DNA of 62,551 nt, the filler included, from Choristocarpus tenellus KU-1152 (Eukaryota > Protista > Phaeophyceae): assembly GCA_964200185.2 (NCBI GenBank). It is 8 parts of 8 records of this genome, joined end to end, with 100 filler letters (N's around TTAATTAATTAA, not from the genome) between each part and the next. Parts side by side here need not be neighbours in the genome. Positions count along the whole stretch, not along the records: positions 1 to 9,523 come from CAXNAD020003611.1; positions 9,624 to 20,319 come from CAXNAD020002775.1; 6 more parts are not named here. One strand, written 5' to 3'. The notes below the pieces were generated by a model that searched no databases, had not been told where the DNA came from, and was given only the letters and a program-made list of their open reading frames with translations. A program made the position numbers and the translations under genes. This document shows, piece by piece, positions 1 through 19,866 of the stretch. Each line of letters opens with the position of its first letter. The first letter of the stretch is position 1.

Positions 1-21
1 CCCCCCACCCATCCCTCACAC

Positions 22-3000
22 CTTAGCACATGTGTGGTCTCCATCATTTGGCGGTACTCAGGCTCAAACACCAGTAGCGCTAGCACACGAGAGAAGTGAG
101 CCAGCTGCTGGCTGCATAAGTTCCCCAACAGTGTGTACAAATTTGGTACATCACCCAGAAAAAACGTTTTGGATCTGACAGCAAGAATCTTATGTTTGCA
201 CAAATATGTCACATAGAATACATGGCAGAAAGAAGAGGTATGGGGGGAGGGGGAGGGGGGGGTGCACAGCGCACTAGAGGACATGAGGCAAGGTGTGGAG
301 AGCAGGAAAGGTGGACTGGCTGGGGTGCTTTACATCAGCAAACACAAGATCGTTTTTAGCATCAGCACCATGCTCAATTAGGTGTGTCCAGTCCCTTACC
401 TCCTCCAACAATCCAACAGCATGATCAAATACCAGAGGATGCGCCATCATGGTCAGTAGATAAAGACCCATCTCCTGTGTAGCCAGTCTGCCCACACATA
501 ATCAAACAGCACAGCAGGAGCAATTCAGAAGAAATGCATGTTGACTAGCAAGCGGTTTGAGTGAACTTCTCAATCGGTATATTAAGTTCCTAATATACAA
601 AGATAACCCAATTGAAAAACAAACTAGCTCAAAAATTCTCAACACATACTTGACCTAGCTTCTGGACCTATCAAGCCACCAAATGCATGGATCCCAACAC
701 ATAGCCATGTACTGTCATAAACACCTAAACTTGTCCATCCACACACACAAACACCATGAGAGAAAAGGGGTAGGTAATGAGGACAGCCAACACACCTCTC
801 ACTAAGGTCAGAGTCTGTGAAGCACAGCTCCCGAAGAATGATTAGTGTATGGTTCCACACTGCAGCCCTAGCATGTACCAACCGGGCTTGAATATCACGG
901 GCATCAGCTGGAGACCCTGGAGGACGCAGTACCTGTAATGTGCATGCAAGTGCGTTTGCATGATAATGATACCTGCAATGTGCATGCAAGTGTGTTTGCA
1001 TGATAATGACAGTGTACTGTAGATTGACGGAACATGATGGGTTTCTTTATCGATAATATGATGCTTATGGTAAATGCAACTGAGCGTATATGTGTGATAT
1101 TGGTGTCTACAAATACAAGGGGCAGGGGGCAGGGGGATACATCGTGGACTACGACAGGGCTACTAACCTGGTGGTGATTGGGGGATGGGTAGTTATATAT
1201 AGATGCCTGAGGCTCTTACTAACTCCCTAAATCAGTCATTGCTATGATTTATTTGGTACTGCTGAATAAAATAGGAGTTGATTACTCATCCATCATACAC
1301 CACTATCCAAAAGTTTAACCACCCAGAACATATACCAATGTCAAGGTGGAGTAGCTCAGGTTTCAAACAACTACAGCTGTGTTCACAATCCCCCCTCAGG
1401 CTAGCAAGCGAAGTGCTACATTACACAAACCTCCACCCCAGCATTAACCAAAAGCTCAAAAATTCCCAGAGCATTACCCAATAGAGTCACCCAAATCATA
1501 AGCAAAGTAGCATCACCACAACCTCCTTTCCTGGCTGCCTTCTTCTTCCCCCCAGACAAAGAAGATAAAACAAAAAATTCACTTGAACATCACTTCAGCA
1601 CTCTCGACCAATGCCCATAGACACCCCCCCCCCCCTGCTTTCAAAAGTGCTTTGACTGGAAGTTTGTACTGCACCTCAACCAAGAGCTCAGGTCCGCCCA
1701 GGGCAACAAAGGCATCACGGTCTACTCTTCGAGTCCTCGCATAGCTACCAAGGAATATGTGAGAGGTTCAGCGAAACAAGGAAGGAGCAAAGGGGCCGTT
1801 AGCTGAGAAACATTTGGGGTGGGATGGGTGGGGAGGGAGGGAGGCGAAGGGATTGGCCAGAAAAAAAGGTTGTGTTTCATAACTTACAGTAGTGCAGTGT
1901 AGCCCTTGAGAATTTGAACAAACACAAAATAGTTTAAGATATTTTTGACGTAGGCTACAAGTAGACCTAGGAGTAAGTCTCAGGATAAGGACTGCAATGG
2001 AATATGGTAGCAGAGGCCTCTTCCCGGTCACTTGAAGTTTTCTCACCATGGTGAGATGACATTCATACATCACAAATTAGCTATCAATACTACATCACGT
2101 GTCAGCAGTGCCCGTGGGGGCATCTACAAGGAATGGGTTGGGAGTAAGTCCATTTCTGGCAGCCTCATCCTATCCTCTGTTGAAGTGAATTATAGCAATA
2201 GCACTAAGACACACAATCAGCAACAACCGTTCAAATAGAAAACACTATGCTTGGTCCAGTCTGGTCTCCAGTGACAGAACAATCTTGACAGCTATGGAAA
2301 AAACACTATGAAATACAAGCACCAACTACTATATACTAACTCAAGACCATGAGACCCATCAACCATCCAGACACCTACCCTGTTCAACTCATCAGCTCAT
2401 AATCACAAGACCTCAGTCTGAGGAATAAAGCAAAAAAAAAAATCCAGACTCACAAACTATACACTCCTACAATCACATTAAATCCAAATTCAGCTCACAC
2501 ACACACACCAATGTCTCAAGCTCACAAAATAGCCAGTAAAAACACATGTAACCCATAGTATCTTAGAGAGTGGGGGGGGGTTTATGTCATGTTGTCCATT
2601 CAGGGCTTGATAGGGGTGTTGTAAGATAGGTTTATGTCACTTTAACGCCCGTTTCTCGGGCAATTTTTCATCAGATTTGGTTCAGGCAGTGGGACGGAAA
2701 AGGAAAGTACATTCAGATGAAGGGAATTGCCTTACATCTGAAACATCCACAAAGATGACATAAAAATCACTACAAGTTGACACGGCCCCGAATAGACTAC
2801 TGACCCTCTCTCTAAGATACTATGAGCCTGTAGAGACACATCATACCTGCCTCTGTGAGTCTCTTCATCATCATCATGGCCATGATGGGTATGATTGTGG
2901 TTGTGATCATGGTGACCCCCACCCCCACCACCCTGTACTGGTGGATGTGTGTGTGTATGTTGATGTCCTCCACCCCCACCACCTCTGGCCTGCCCCCCCC

Positions 3001-5767
3001 TGCTTGAAGAGGGATTTGGAGGTAGATCAAAAGGAGCGCTGGTCCCATCCACCACTTTGTACAGGATTGTCAGAATGGTTGAGGCAAGCTTGATGGAATC
3101 ACCTGTTATTTAATTCGAAGCGTTTAGTGGTCAAAATGGACATGATGAAATAACTGGGGGAGGGGGAGGACTTGAGATGCACAACACACCACAACACAGA
3201 GAAACCAAAAAAGTAGAACAAAGAGGCGAAAATGTTAAGATTGTGTTAGACAAGGCACCATGTAAAATAAAAACTAGGGGAGGGGGACACTAAAAATGAA
3301 ACTGAAATGTCGTGTAAGGGTATATGATTAGATGAAAAAAACTGCCTCAGAACCATGGATGTTGTCAGAAAAAGGTACACTCTACCAATAACAGAAATCA
3401 TGAATGTGGACCAAGGTTGACCCTAAGGGGCAACTATATCGAGACCAGGGCGTGCCAGAAATTTATAATAGCTCAGTGAGTTCCAAGTTAATGGTATAAT
3501 GCTACTACCTTGTTGGAAGATCACCACATGTATATATTTGGGTGTGGTGTAACTACCACTGAAGTTACTGGTCACTTTGTGAGGATGGAGAGTACAGTTA
3601 TACCAGTCAACACATCCACCTCCTTACTATCCCAAGGAATTATTACTTTAAAATCATAAGTTGGCGTAGCAGTACAACATTGCAATAATTACCACAAACA
3701 ACGTATGCCACTGGACACATACCTCCAACGGGCTCTTGCATGGTCATGCCGTACCACTGACTAAACTAATCACCTATTTAAGATGCTGAAATGGCACAGA
3801 ACAAAACAGTAACAGCAGTGTGCTCAATAGCAGTAGTACAAAATAGGCGCTACACGTAATTGGGTGACAAAAATAAACATATATAGTCATGCCCTGTCAA
3901 TTCTCAATGAATCACCATGTTGGTAGAAGAATACAATCAGTGGAGTGTGACAGTCTATATTGTAAACGCTTCGATGTCGTTCTTGGTTATCTTGGAGGAT
4001 GTGGATTGAATCAACCACACTTGGTTTTAGATCAACACAAGTCATCATTGTGAGGTTCAAAGGTGTGTATATATATATAGTTGTCTCCCATACATACTAC
4101 AATGAGGAGAGTCACAATCATACTTTGCAGGCAAATGGATGGAACAGGCAATGTGGTAGCAATATTTTTGACTGACTCCATTGACCAATTACTGTTGTGC
4201 AGTTGGAAATAAGAGAGTTGCAGCACTGCAACCTAACAGATTGACCCTGGTACTTGCAAAGGCCAGTACAGCTTTTATAAGACATTATCAGATACATGAA
4301 AAAATTGAGATACAACAGTTAAAGAAAATGACGTTACGGTATTACATTCATTCCTGTGGGTAGGAAGCCTGTGTATGCCTTTCAGCAAGCAATGTCATTT
4401 TGACTTTCAACCAAACGGGAGGTATTGATTTCGGGTCAAACAAATATATTTCCAAAATACATGAACTGAAAGCAACATAGAGACAATGGTAGTGTGTACA
4501 AGCTTTTGTAAGCACACAAACAAATTGCAATACAAATTCATCCATTCCACTGTCTAGAAATCTTGCATTTCTGCTATACCCAAGGAGGAAAATACTACGT
4601 CAACTCAATAGCGAAGCACTGTTTTCAGGCCGTGTTGAGCCTCTTCCACATCCATGTAATGGTGATGTGGCAGGATTTCATACCCATCCAGTGGTAAAGA
4701 GCGATCTTCATTAGAACATGCTGCATGAATGCAACTTATCAGCAGGGGTTATAATCTTTGGTGCTAATGTATCCTAGGAGTACACCTCTTAAATTACATA
4801 CACTACACGAAAATACAGTTAGCCCTTGTTGAAGAACCCCAGTGTCCAGGTCACCACAAGAAGTAAAACATTGTGGTTGTGACGGCCGAACATACTGAAG
4901 AGAGTGGAATGGTAGCAAACATAACCACACCACTTGCGCGAGATAGTCTTATCCTAGAGTCGTTCAGAACAACATCATTTCTGAATTTCGATCCCTGCGT
5001 ATCGTACACAAAAGAACCTTATGGTGACTATACCCTGAGATCGGTATGGTGGTGGAACCAATCTCGCAACGATGGGTGCGGTATGCGGACTGGGAATCAA
5101 CAGAGTACCCCTGAAGAATAGTTGTTGGCTGCGATAGTTCTTCTAAGCGCGTATGACTTTGATCAAGGTGCACAAATACTCCATAACTCCACTCAATCCG
5201 GGGATCTGGTTGACAGAAAACTCCAAATTAAGAGAACCATTGTTTGCACTCATAACCCAAACAAGTCGCAGGGTAGGGAAAAGAGGGGACCGCATAGCTA
5301 CAGCATTACAGTGCGATCGCACGGCGCACTAACCCTCACTAAATCGTCATAAGGTAGTACACGCAAATACGCCGAGTATTGTAGAGAAACTTGACCATTG
5401 ACAAAGCAGAACCTCAACAGCTCAAACGCAAGCGATAAACTCCTTCAAATTCGCCAAACCAGACCACTAGATGAACTAATGCCATCTCACCGCTACCGAT
5501 CGCCTTCCTTGCATCAACGATCATCTCTGGAATTCCCTCTAGCTCCCTGTTGATCCTGGTCTGGAAGGAACCATCCACGCGAAGTAGCTCCCGTCCAAGC
5601 CCACGTCCTGACATTTGTCTGTCATACATTGCCCCAACCAATCCACCACCACGAATTTCACGGCCCCGGGGGCCGTTGGAAGTCCATCGCCGTCTTGTAG
5701 CACTCCCCGCAAGCCTCTCCCTTTCTCGAGGCGGCCCACGCAGCCAACTCAACGATCGGGTAGACAT
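22..5767 (-). CDS. TRPC4AP: TRPC4-associated protein (TRUSS) homolog, 5' six exons: 5767-5491, 3102-2847, 1744-1675, 932-796, 487-400, 188-22; continues beyond window start
   Basis: All introns are GT-AG and phase-consistent. The spliced product contains RQMSGRGLGRELL..GIPEM, DAFVALGGPELLVEVLRP and LLEEILAVRSKTFFLGDVPNLYTLLGNLCSQQLAHFSRVLA. These match recalled TRPC4AP segments (GQLTGRGL..GIPQL; FDLFGGVDLLVEILMRP; LIEDILGV..LDEVPNLSSLV..QQLANFCRILA). Confidence 0.9.
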
Positions 5768-6519
5768 TTGCACAAATCACTGTCAATTCCTATTATTTCC
5801 TGGCTCTAATATCAAGTTCCAGAGCATTACCCCAATAGTTGATGGGTTGAGAGGCTATGAAGCGATAGTGACAAGTTTGACCTCTCATACACCACTCTTC
5901 CCTATTCTCTCACAATCTTCTCTAAACTTCCTCCTCACACCCTTCGAACTTACCATTATACAAACAGGGTGTATCCTATTGTTGTCATTTTAGGGAATAT
6001 ACCCTCAACTGACATTATCTATCAATATACCATTCATTGGAATGATGAACATATATTTTTTTGGTGTTGTTGTACTTGTAGGTGATGAGGTGTAGGGCGT
6101 ATCTAGACAACACGGAGTAGTACTCCTTATTTTGAGATTTGCATAGTCCTAGCGGACAAGCTCTGGACTAGGACTGGCGGTCCCGGATCCTGGAAAGAAA
6201 TGTCAATAGATTGTTTCGTCACCGAAGAAGCACTTGAGAGATCAAGGCAGATAGCACAAGAACGCAATAGGTTTGTTCATGTCAAAAACGATAAGGCGCA
6301 TCCTCAACATTTGGAGCCGTTTTGACCATCTCAGCAAAAGTATATACCTCGGACGCACGTTTGGACACCCTTTTTTACACTCTCTCACCGCAAATGATGG
6401 TTGTAGGGTGCGTCCACAACGATACGCTTCAGAGGAGGGTTGGCAACATGCTGGTAGGAAAGGGGGGAGGCGCCAATTTTGGCCATGGTGAGAAGCAATG
6501 CTGAGGGCGCTTACTCAGC
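5768..6519. promoter_or_regulatory. Probable bidirectional promoter / 5' UTRs between TRPC4AP and the C1orf74-like gene
   Basis: About 750 bp separates two divergent start codons. No specific motif identified. Confidence 0.45.
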
Positions 6520-7643
6520 ATGAGCCAAGGGACGTCCAGGAGGAATATATTCCTCAGAGGAAAGGAATGGTAAGATATCACATGTAAAGCAGTCACGAGC
6601 CCATGATTTCCTTCCCCCTTACCAGGCCTGGCGACCTGAATATACTGGCTGCTGAGGTGCGAGCGGCCGTTCTGCTGGACTGTCGGCAAGTTCCTAGTGA
6701 CTTTCCTCCATTGCCAGATGTTCTACTGGCACTTCAAGAAGATCATGAGTGCGGTGGTGAACACATTGGTGCCATCGGTGTGTTGATAGTGGAAGATACG
6801 GTGTTCCTCGTGAACCGACGTATCCTTCAATCTCGACTCCTGGAGATTATTCCAGGGGACTTAGTCGATCGTCTTTTGGAAGGCAACCCTGTTGACTTGT
6901 CCAATACCGTGGTACAAAACAGAAAATCGAATAGCTTGCCGGGGGTTGCACTTGTGAGTGTAGGTCATGAATTGAAGTCTCCATTGATTTGTTCGGGTCC
7001 TATACTTCCTTTCCTTTCTGATGCCTTGAGGTGGGCGTTTTTTCGAGAGGGTACAAATATCTGTCAGAAGGTAGAGACTTCAGGGGAAGGAGAGGTGGCG
7101 GCTGCTCTGTTGGTGTTTGGAAAAGGATCATGGCTCCGAGATTGGAGTCAAGTTGAGCTTCGCTTGGATGGGGGTACCCTCATTGAGAAGCTTGGGAATG
7201 TGGGCTTGTCAGGTTTTGCAGGGTGGCTCCTTGAGTACCCGGTCGTCTACTGCTGTGCCTCGGTAAACATGTATGAAAGGGATCTGTTAGGGTGTGGCGA
7301 GGGGAGTGAAAAGGGTAAGAATTGCCTTTCATATGTGCCCCTTAGGGTGTACACTGTTCGGTTTGATGCATACCCTCCAAGTAGCAACTCGCACAATACC
7401 GCAAGAAATATGGAGCACTCTTTTAGCTTCAGCATTCCAGAGGTGGCAGAGAGCGATAAACTCATTGGAAGAGACATTGAAGGAGGTATGGATGATGAGA
7501 CTAAGAGTCCAGCCTTCCTCCGAGGTCTAGCGACTGGTTTCCTGACTGATCTCAAGGCCAGGGTTGGACAGAGATATGCTTCAGTATTTCGTGGGCTGGT
7601 AGTCCATGACCGCGTGGAGACCCTCAGTCATGTGGCCATATAA
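6520..7643 (+). CDS. UPF0739 / C1orf74-like (DUF4504) protein; probable short exon 6520-6569 plus large exon 6626-7643
   Basis: The 346-aa ORF has RAAVLLDC, FAGWLLEYPVVY, NCLSYVPLRVYT, SFSIPE and the C-terminus ETLSHVAI, resembling C1orf74 (PAVLYDC, FGILLGYPVPY, NCLALTPLRVFT, SFSVPE, VTLPAVAL). The first exon is inferred from a phase-compatible gtaaga donor and ccag acceptor. Confidence 0.8.
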
Positions 7644-8098
7644 TTAGTTGACAGAATACAGATAGTGATATTCTTGCAGGCTTAGAGATTAATACTTACA
7701 TTTCCTCTACTGTAGAAACACAACTTACTGCTCTGAGATAATGGGGGAAGATGCCTATTCATGCCACACATTTGTTGTTCATGGTCTGACAGTTGTGTGG
7801 CTGGATTTGTCACCTTGCCTGCACAATCCTCTACAACTTGTGCGTGCTCTGTAGCATATATTGCACTACCTGCGGAAGTGCAAGTGGTTACAACCACAGG
7901 CCAGTAGCGCTTGAGGGTTACATTTATGTAGGGAATATCTTGTTCCTACTTTATTTCTTCAGCATCAGTTCGAACAGTTCAAGGGGTGGCTTGAAACCGA
8001 AAAACTAGCGCATGTATATAAAATTCCATGCATGGGGATGGGTTCTCCTATGTATATATGGGATTTCAGTGTAATTTTAGGGTAACATCACAATGGGT

Positions 8099-8337
8099 TT
8101 GAACAAAAGTAAACTAGAGGTACCCAGGTTTTGAACGTTTAGCACTTTAAGTCTGTTTTTCGATCTTGTGCAATCCACCCATATTTCTATGGATGAACTT
8201 CTGAGTTTGACTTGAGAGCGTTTATTTCTGTATTGTTTGGAAATTCTCCGACACATTGCAGAAATTCGGATTTAGCGCACATTTGTCAGCATCCTTAAGA
8301 TGCAACTCTGGGGGTACCTCTCGTATATTTTGACTCT
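8099..8337. mobile_element. MITE, family C (related copy at ~38029-38290)
   Basis: Imperfect TIRs (aaaagtaaactagaggtaccca / gggtacctctcgtatattttgactc). The internal sequence gcatccttaagatgcaactctggg is the reverse complement of the 38053-38075 region. Confidence 0.55.
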
Positions 8338-8794
8338 TTTTGGAAGAACCCCTTGAAAATGTACGAAAACCTTATGTCACCTTGTGTGTGCGTTTATAAC
8401 CTGCCCTTCAAACTGTTCAAATTGATTCTGAACAAAGGAAATAACAGATACGTATCTAGATTTATTGTTGGGACTATTTTGCATTTCAATCTGATATCAG
8501 TCCCTTTTTCCAGGTATGTATGAGGGAGGAGAATGGGGGTTTTGTTTCCACTATTCCAAAGCCAACCCTTACCTTGCATATTTGAAGATTTTGCGGCTGA
8601 CCCAGCACATCAGACAGAGTCACAGAAGAGAAGCCACTGGTCTTTCATTGACTGCAGTAATGTACCACTGTGAAACTTACACATGTGCTGCATATTACCA
8701 AGTAAAAATATATATTTTCGAAACAACTGTGGAGAAGGGGATATGCTCCAGCTTTCTTTGGGACCACTAGTACTACTATGAAAATGTACCTTTT

Positions 8795-9308
8795 TTATAC
8801 ACGAGCCTGGCAGGCTAGGTTTAGTTCATCCATGGAACTCTGATTGCGCTCCTTGGTAATCTCTTCTCTGCCTGCTCCTGATTGCCATATCCAAGACAGT
8901 AGTTGGTGATGTGGGCCTGCTTTTGACTTAGTTGCAACATAATTCTTCAATGCCTTGAGAACTAGAAGTAGATCAGACCGAGGCAAGGACTCATCTGATT
9001 CTAGATTAGTGGTAAAGTGAGTGAGCATGACAAAATGTCATATTCCAATCAAGCCATATTTTGGGACAAGGTCGAGAACATGTGCTGTGGTCGTAGGACC
9101 CTTAACAAGTATGTAATGTACTTTAGCATCCCACCGGTACGTTGCAATGTCTGTGCTGGGGAGGTGGGTGTGTGCTTATGGGTAGACCAAGTGTACCTGT
9201 AGCACTGTTTGGAGGTAACTCTGTCAAAAACTGAGTCGCCAGACTCAGATGCCACACCCATAAATGGTGTGGGTTGAGTTTGCTTTGGATTGAATAGTCA
9301 TGTTTCCC
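8795..9308 (-). CDS. Last two exons (9308-9197, 9000-8795) of an unidentified gene cut by the contig end
   Basis: Splice sites cag|GGG..ACAG|gtac and tag|AA join in phase to give GKHDYSIQ..PNSATESDESLPRSDLLLVLKALKNY..QARV*. No family recognised. Confidence 0.45.
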
Positions 9309-9523
9309 CTGGTGAAATGCAACTCGATACATTATACTTCAATACTTGTAGGTCCTTAGAGGACGCTCAAACAAGACATTAAAATAAATTATCCTCTTGA
9401 AGAGGTGGAAGCTCGAGGGGGTGAGATGTACATACATGGTAGCCAGCCTCTCTGTTCCCCCCCCCAAACCCACCCACCTACATGGGCACTTGATAGCTCA
9501 TTGTCACCCAAAGTATCTGGGAG

Positions 9524-9623
9524 NNNNNNNNNNNNNNNNNNNNNNNNNNNNNNNNNNNNNNNNNNNNTTAATTAATTAANNNNNNNNNNNNNNNNNNNNN
9601 NNNNNNNNNNNNNNNNNNNNNNN
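9524..9623. other. Artificial contig linker (also 20320-20419, 23312-23411, 37823-37922, 41509-41608, 47261-47360, 59170-59269)
   Basis: N-run + TTAATTAATTAA (stops in all six frames) + N-run, 100 nt each time. Confidence 0.98.
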
Positions 9624-10224
9624 TTTACCGTAACTGTCCGATAGAGTTGGAAGAGTCTAATCGAACACAACACTCCAGAAGTTCAAAACATATGGATCAT
9701 CTATTCACCAGTTAATAATGTGGAAGCAGGGGAGATTTCCAACTTTATTAGTCAAGTTGTTATATAGAAAAGAGAAAGATGAAGGCATGAAGCAAATATA
9801 CTCTTGTAACAAAAAAAACACTATGAACACCGAGGAACTATGGCTTCATCAGGGCCAGAAGGAACACCATTCTCTAACGGTGGTGACAAGAGTGAAATGA
9901 GCTACAGCTACATCCCCATTCTCTTTCCCGACTTATTGAAAATGGCCCCTCGTACATTACATGCAAGTTAGTAATCTTGTGAGCTGTCAATATTTTGAAG
10001 CATCTATAGAGACAGTTTATTGTATATGTTATCACAATTCTATGTATAAATTTTAACGGGTACATGGATTTCTTGTGCTCCTCCCATCAAATAAGTTAAT
10101 AGTTACTTGCGAAATGATCGACCTTACACAAAAAACAATTACACTTGAACTAACATTTCAATATCGGTATATCTCTATAATTGATAATTAATAGGTTCAA
10201 ATATTAAAATAAATAGCTTTACTG

Positions 10225-10725
10225 TTGTACTATTGCTCCTCCTGGTTGGCAGCCCTTGTGCTCCAACCCTCAACCCTAATCCCAAGAGTTTCATTGTCGC
10301 CTTGGAGACATGTCCTTCTTGCTTCCGTTTTGCAACCGCAGGCTCCTCCACATCATTACCTTCCGAAGTCGTCCATTCCCCATGCGAGCAACAGATCCAG
10401 TAAATAGTCGTAAGAGTATCTTTATAGAATAGATTCGATGATCGTTGTGTTCTCGTTGCAGAAAGCTATCAATGGAGGAGGAGCTTGTCGAGATGATGTG
10501 AGTGGACCTTCAGACGATGAGGCTGGAGAAGTGACCACGCAATACAACCATACTTCAAACTGAACTTCAAGAACTTAAGCGTTGAGAATTGAAGTCTTGA
10601 CCTCAACTGAGACATCTGACGTCCTGTCATTTCGTTATACCTTAGCAAAACAACCCCAACCTTTCTGAATCCTCCAGCTGACTTCAGCAGTGATAGCAGC
10701 ACCGTCACTGATGGTTCTCCCCCTA
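10225..10725 (-). mobile_element. Degenerate RTE-like LINE, region C-terminal to the RT domain
   Basis: Frameshifted translation gives GRTISDGAAITAEVSWRIQKGWGCF... and YGCIAWS..HHLDKLLL, matching the RTE-type pattern EIxRRIxxAWxxF ... LLYGCxTW. Confidence 0.65.
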
Positions 10726-11539
10726 AAGGCAAACAAATTTATTGTTGAAACCTTGAATTGGATTAATAGTTGTTTCTCAGGTAGTCGTGCTGTGTGTAGA
10801 GGCTTGAACATTTAGTGCGAGGGGTGACACAGTGCACTGAAGCACTGATGAATTCAGAGTGATGAATCTTGCGACACACTCTGCCAATTTTAACACAATA
10901 TGTATTTTTTTAACTCTATTCTTTGCTAGGTTTGTACTCTTCAATATAGTTCTAGATTATGCATTTTTTGTGCATTGTGGCAGGTTGAATGCTGCGATGT
11001 GTCGTGCTGTTCCTTAGTGCATTTGAAGGAAATGATGCATGCTCTGTGTAGAGGCTTGTTACCTTGTGGAGAAGGTCGTGGATGATTTAACTCTGAATAT
11101 ATCTTATCCAGCTGTGCATCGGGTACACTCAAGGCAGAGTGAATACGTGGTCTAAATGGGGCAATGCCAATCAAGAACAAATAAAAACAGGCATCACTAT
11201 TCTTCTTTTCTGTTAGAAGAAAAGGACAATTGAGTCTAATTCTGGGTCTAAGCATGTTGTCCAAATACATAGTTTGTATGTTGAAGAATATCTGCTAATT
11301 CCAGGAATCAAACGTTCCCCATGGTTACACATACCGTAACGGTAAGTTATACACATATTCCACGAATGGCGGTGATGTTTGATCTAGCTGATTACACACA
11401 GAGTGATGAGAACTAGTGGATCAACAAAAAGTCAGCACTAGTTGGTGATAAACTGTACTGATTCTATGTGCTTGATAAAGGAGTAGCCCATGTTTGAACA
11501 CATATTGATCTGCTTATGGGTCTGGTCCAGTGCCTTGAT

Positions 11540-12330
11540 TTGCATGGTTTAAGGTATCCTGATTAGGAAGGCAAAAACTTGCTGTCCCTGCCTTCAATAC
11601 CAATACAGTCAGGGCGATGATCTAGCCACCTTCACAAGCACTGTCATCATCATCCCAACTAAACCTCTCTGGGTCTCGGAGATAATGCCCGCATCATAAG
11701 CATAGAGCATACCCCACAAAAGACGTTCAAGTGTTCTCCCACTCCCTGGTGCTCCTCTACCTTTGGTCGGGTTATTTGCGGTAGCTCCCTTGATGTCAAC
11801 AAGGTCTTTGGAGATGACTGGGGCAGAGGCGAACCGCTCACTGTGAGTAAAAATATATTAGAGGGTACGATTTTTTCGCGGTTTGTCCATTTGGAACTTG
11901 ACTTCCCATGTTTCTTTTTATGATATTTACCTACTCCAAAATGTTTAGAAGTAGGTAAAATATATAGGTTATGAAAAGGTGTGTCCGGAACATGGATATT
12001 GACATCTCCTGACTAACACGATAGTCACAATTACATGAAAATCGGAACATTGGATCTTAACCCCCAAATGGACGCGACTCTACCCTCTAAGATAATTTGG
12101 CTCCTGCCACACTTATCACTGCAGTGAAGATGTTGAACAGGATCGGACAAAAAAACATCCCTGCCAAAGGCTTGTCGGAACTTGAACCATTGTGTATAAT
12201 CGTCATCATCAATGCAAACATATGTCTTCATACCATCATGGATAATATAATTGACGCCATTCAGAACACACTTTTAGTGAGTAGGTGGTCAGTTTTGCCA
12301 CACTCAATATGGACAACGGGTCTCTAAAAT
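11540..12330 (-). mobile_element. Degenerate RTE-like LINE reverse transcriptase core, interrupted by a MITE
   Basis: WFKFRQ / WQGC (QGC motif), then LWGMLYAYDAGIISETQRGLVGMMM, where YAYD is a mutated YADD. Confidence 0.75.
11845..12103. mobile_element. Sola-like MITE family A copy inserted in the LINE RT
   Basis: TIR core ttagagggta/taccctctaa, GAG..CTC ends, flanks ctgt/ctgc (4-bp TSD with 1 mismatch). Confidence 0.75.
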
Positions 12331-13510
12331 CCTATAGTCTTGTAGAGTGTATGAAATGTGTACTCTCGTCAAGTCTGTTGCAAACACATCTCAGCCCAAA
12401 TTTACGGGTGTATAGTGGGTGGCCATCATTGTATTTCCTCTGGGAAACCTTCTATCCCCCCCCCATCCTCTCCCCTCCTCTGCTCACCTCAATACCCCCC
12501 TCCGTCCTTCCCCAGCTCCATAGCCTTTTAGCTGGTATTGTTTTTCTGAGGGATGTGTTTTATATCTAGTCTAGTAGATCCATCACTAGATCAATATTGT
12601 TATATCCAAGTTCTTGGGGCAGTGCAGCATTTAGTTGTAGCAAAACATTTTGTATGTAGTTAATGAGAAGTCACTTCTCACTAGTAATTGATGTGTTGTG
12701 CTGCAAATTCCTTTAACCACTGCTCGTGGCTGGGTAGGATCGAGGGAGTGGTTCCTAGTCCCAGACTAAAGTGAGAACTTACAACAATAATGGATCGTCA
12801 TTCTATCTTAGAGGTAGGAGCCTTTCTTTCTATTCCATTCAAAGTAGTGATCTGGGGACCCAGTGGTGTCCTCAATATTCTTGGTGAAGCTATTTTTTTA
12901 TATTAGTAATTTCATACATTGTGCACACGTGCTTTCATTTCCCCACCCCTCCAACTCCATCCTTATTTTGCTGCATTGTATCCACTGATTGATCATTTGT
13001 TAATTGCTGTAGATCACTATCAATAGATTTAATCTTCTATGATAATATAAATTAATGATGTATATTACTATATACGGTGCAGAAGATAATTTGGTGGCAT
13101 TGTATTGTAACATCAGGAATGTAATCCTGGTATTGTTGATGACAATCCTGCCCCCAGTTAATTGAAAACTTGCATTCAACAATGCCTAAGACAGAGTGAT
13201 ATATATACATATATTGAAAAAATGTAATAATATGTTGTGGCCTTTGTCATTTAAGTTTATACTAACTGATACTGCCATCTCAAAATACAAAATATAAATA
13301 TATTCATCATACACACCATTTTTTCAAACTATAACAACCCCCCTTTTTTGGTTAAATGTATGTAGCATATATGTAATTTTTTTTATGCGATTTGAGGTGT
13401 TTTAAAAATAGATAAAAACAAAACTGCATTGTCCATATTCCAATATTTAAAAGGAGCGCGTTGTGTTTTGTGTTTTGTGTGGGGTATGTCTCTGTGAATG
13501 CTTATCCCAG

Positions 13511-19866
<6,356 letters not shown>

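Noticed and set aside
9568-9579. TTAATTAATTAA palindrome recurring 7 times
   Set aside because: Artificial linker between contigs, so adjacency across it carries no biological meaning.
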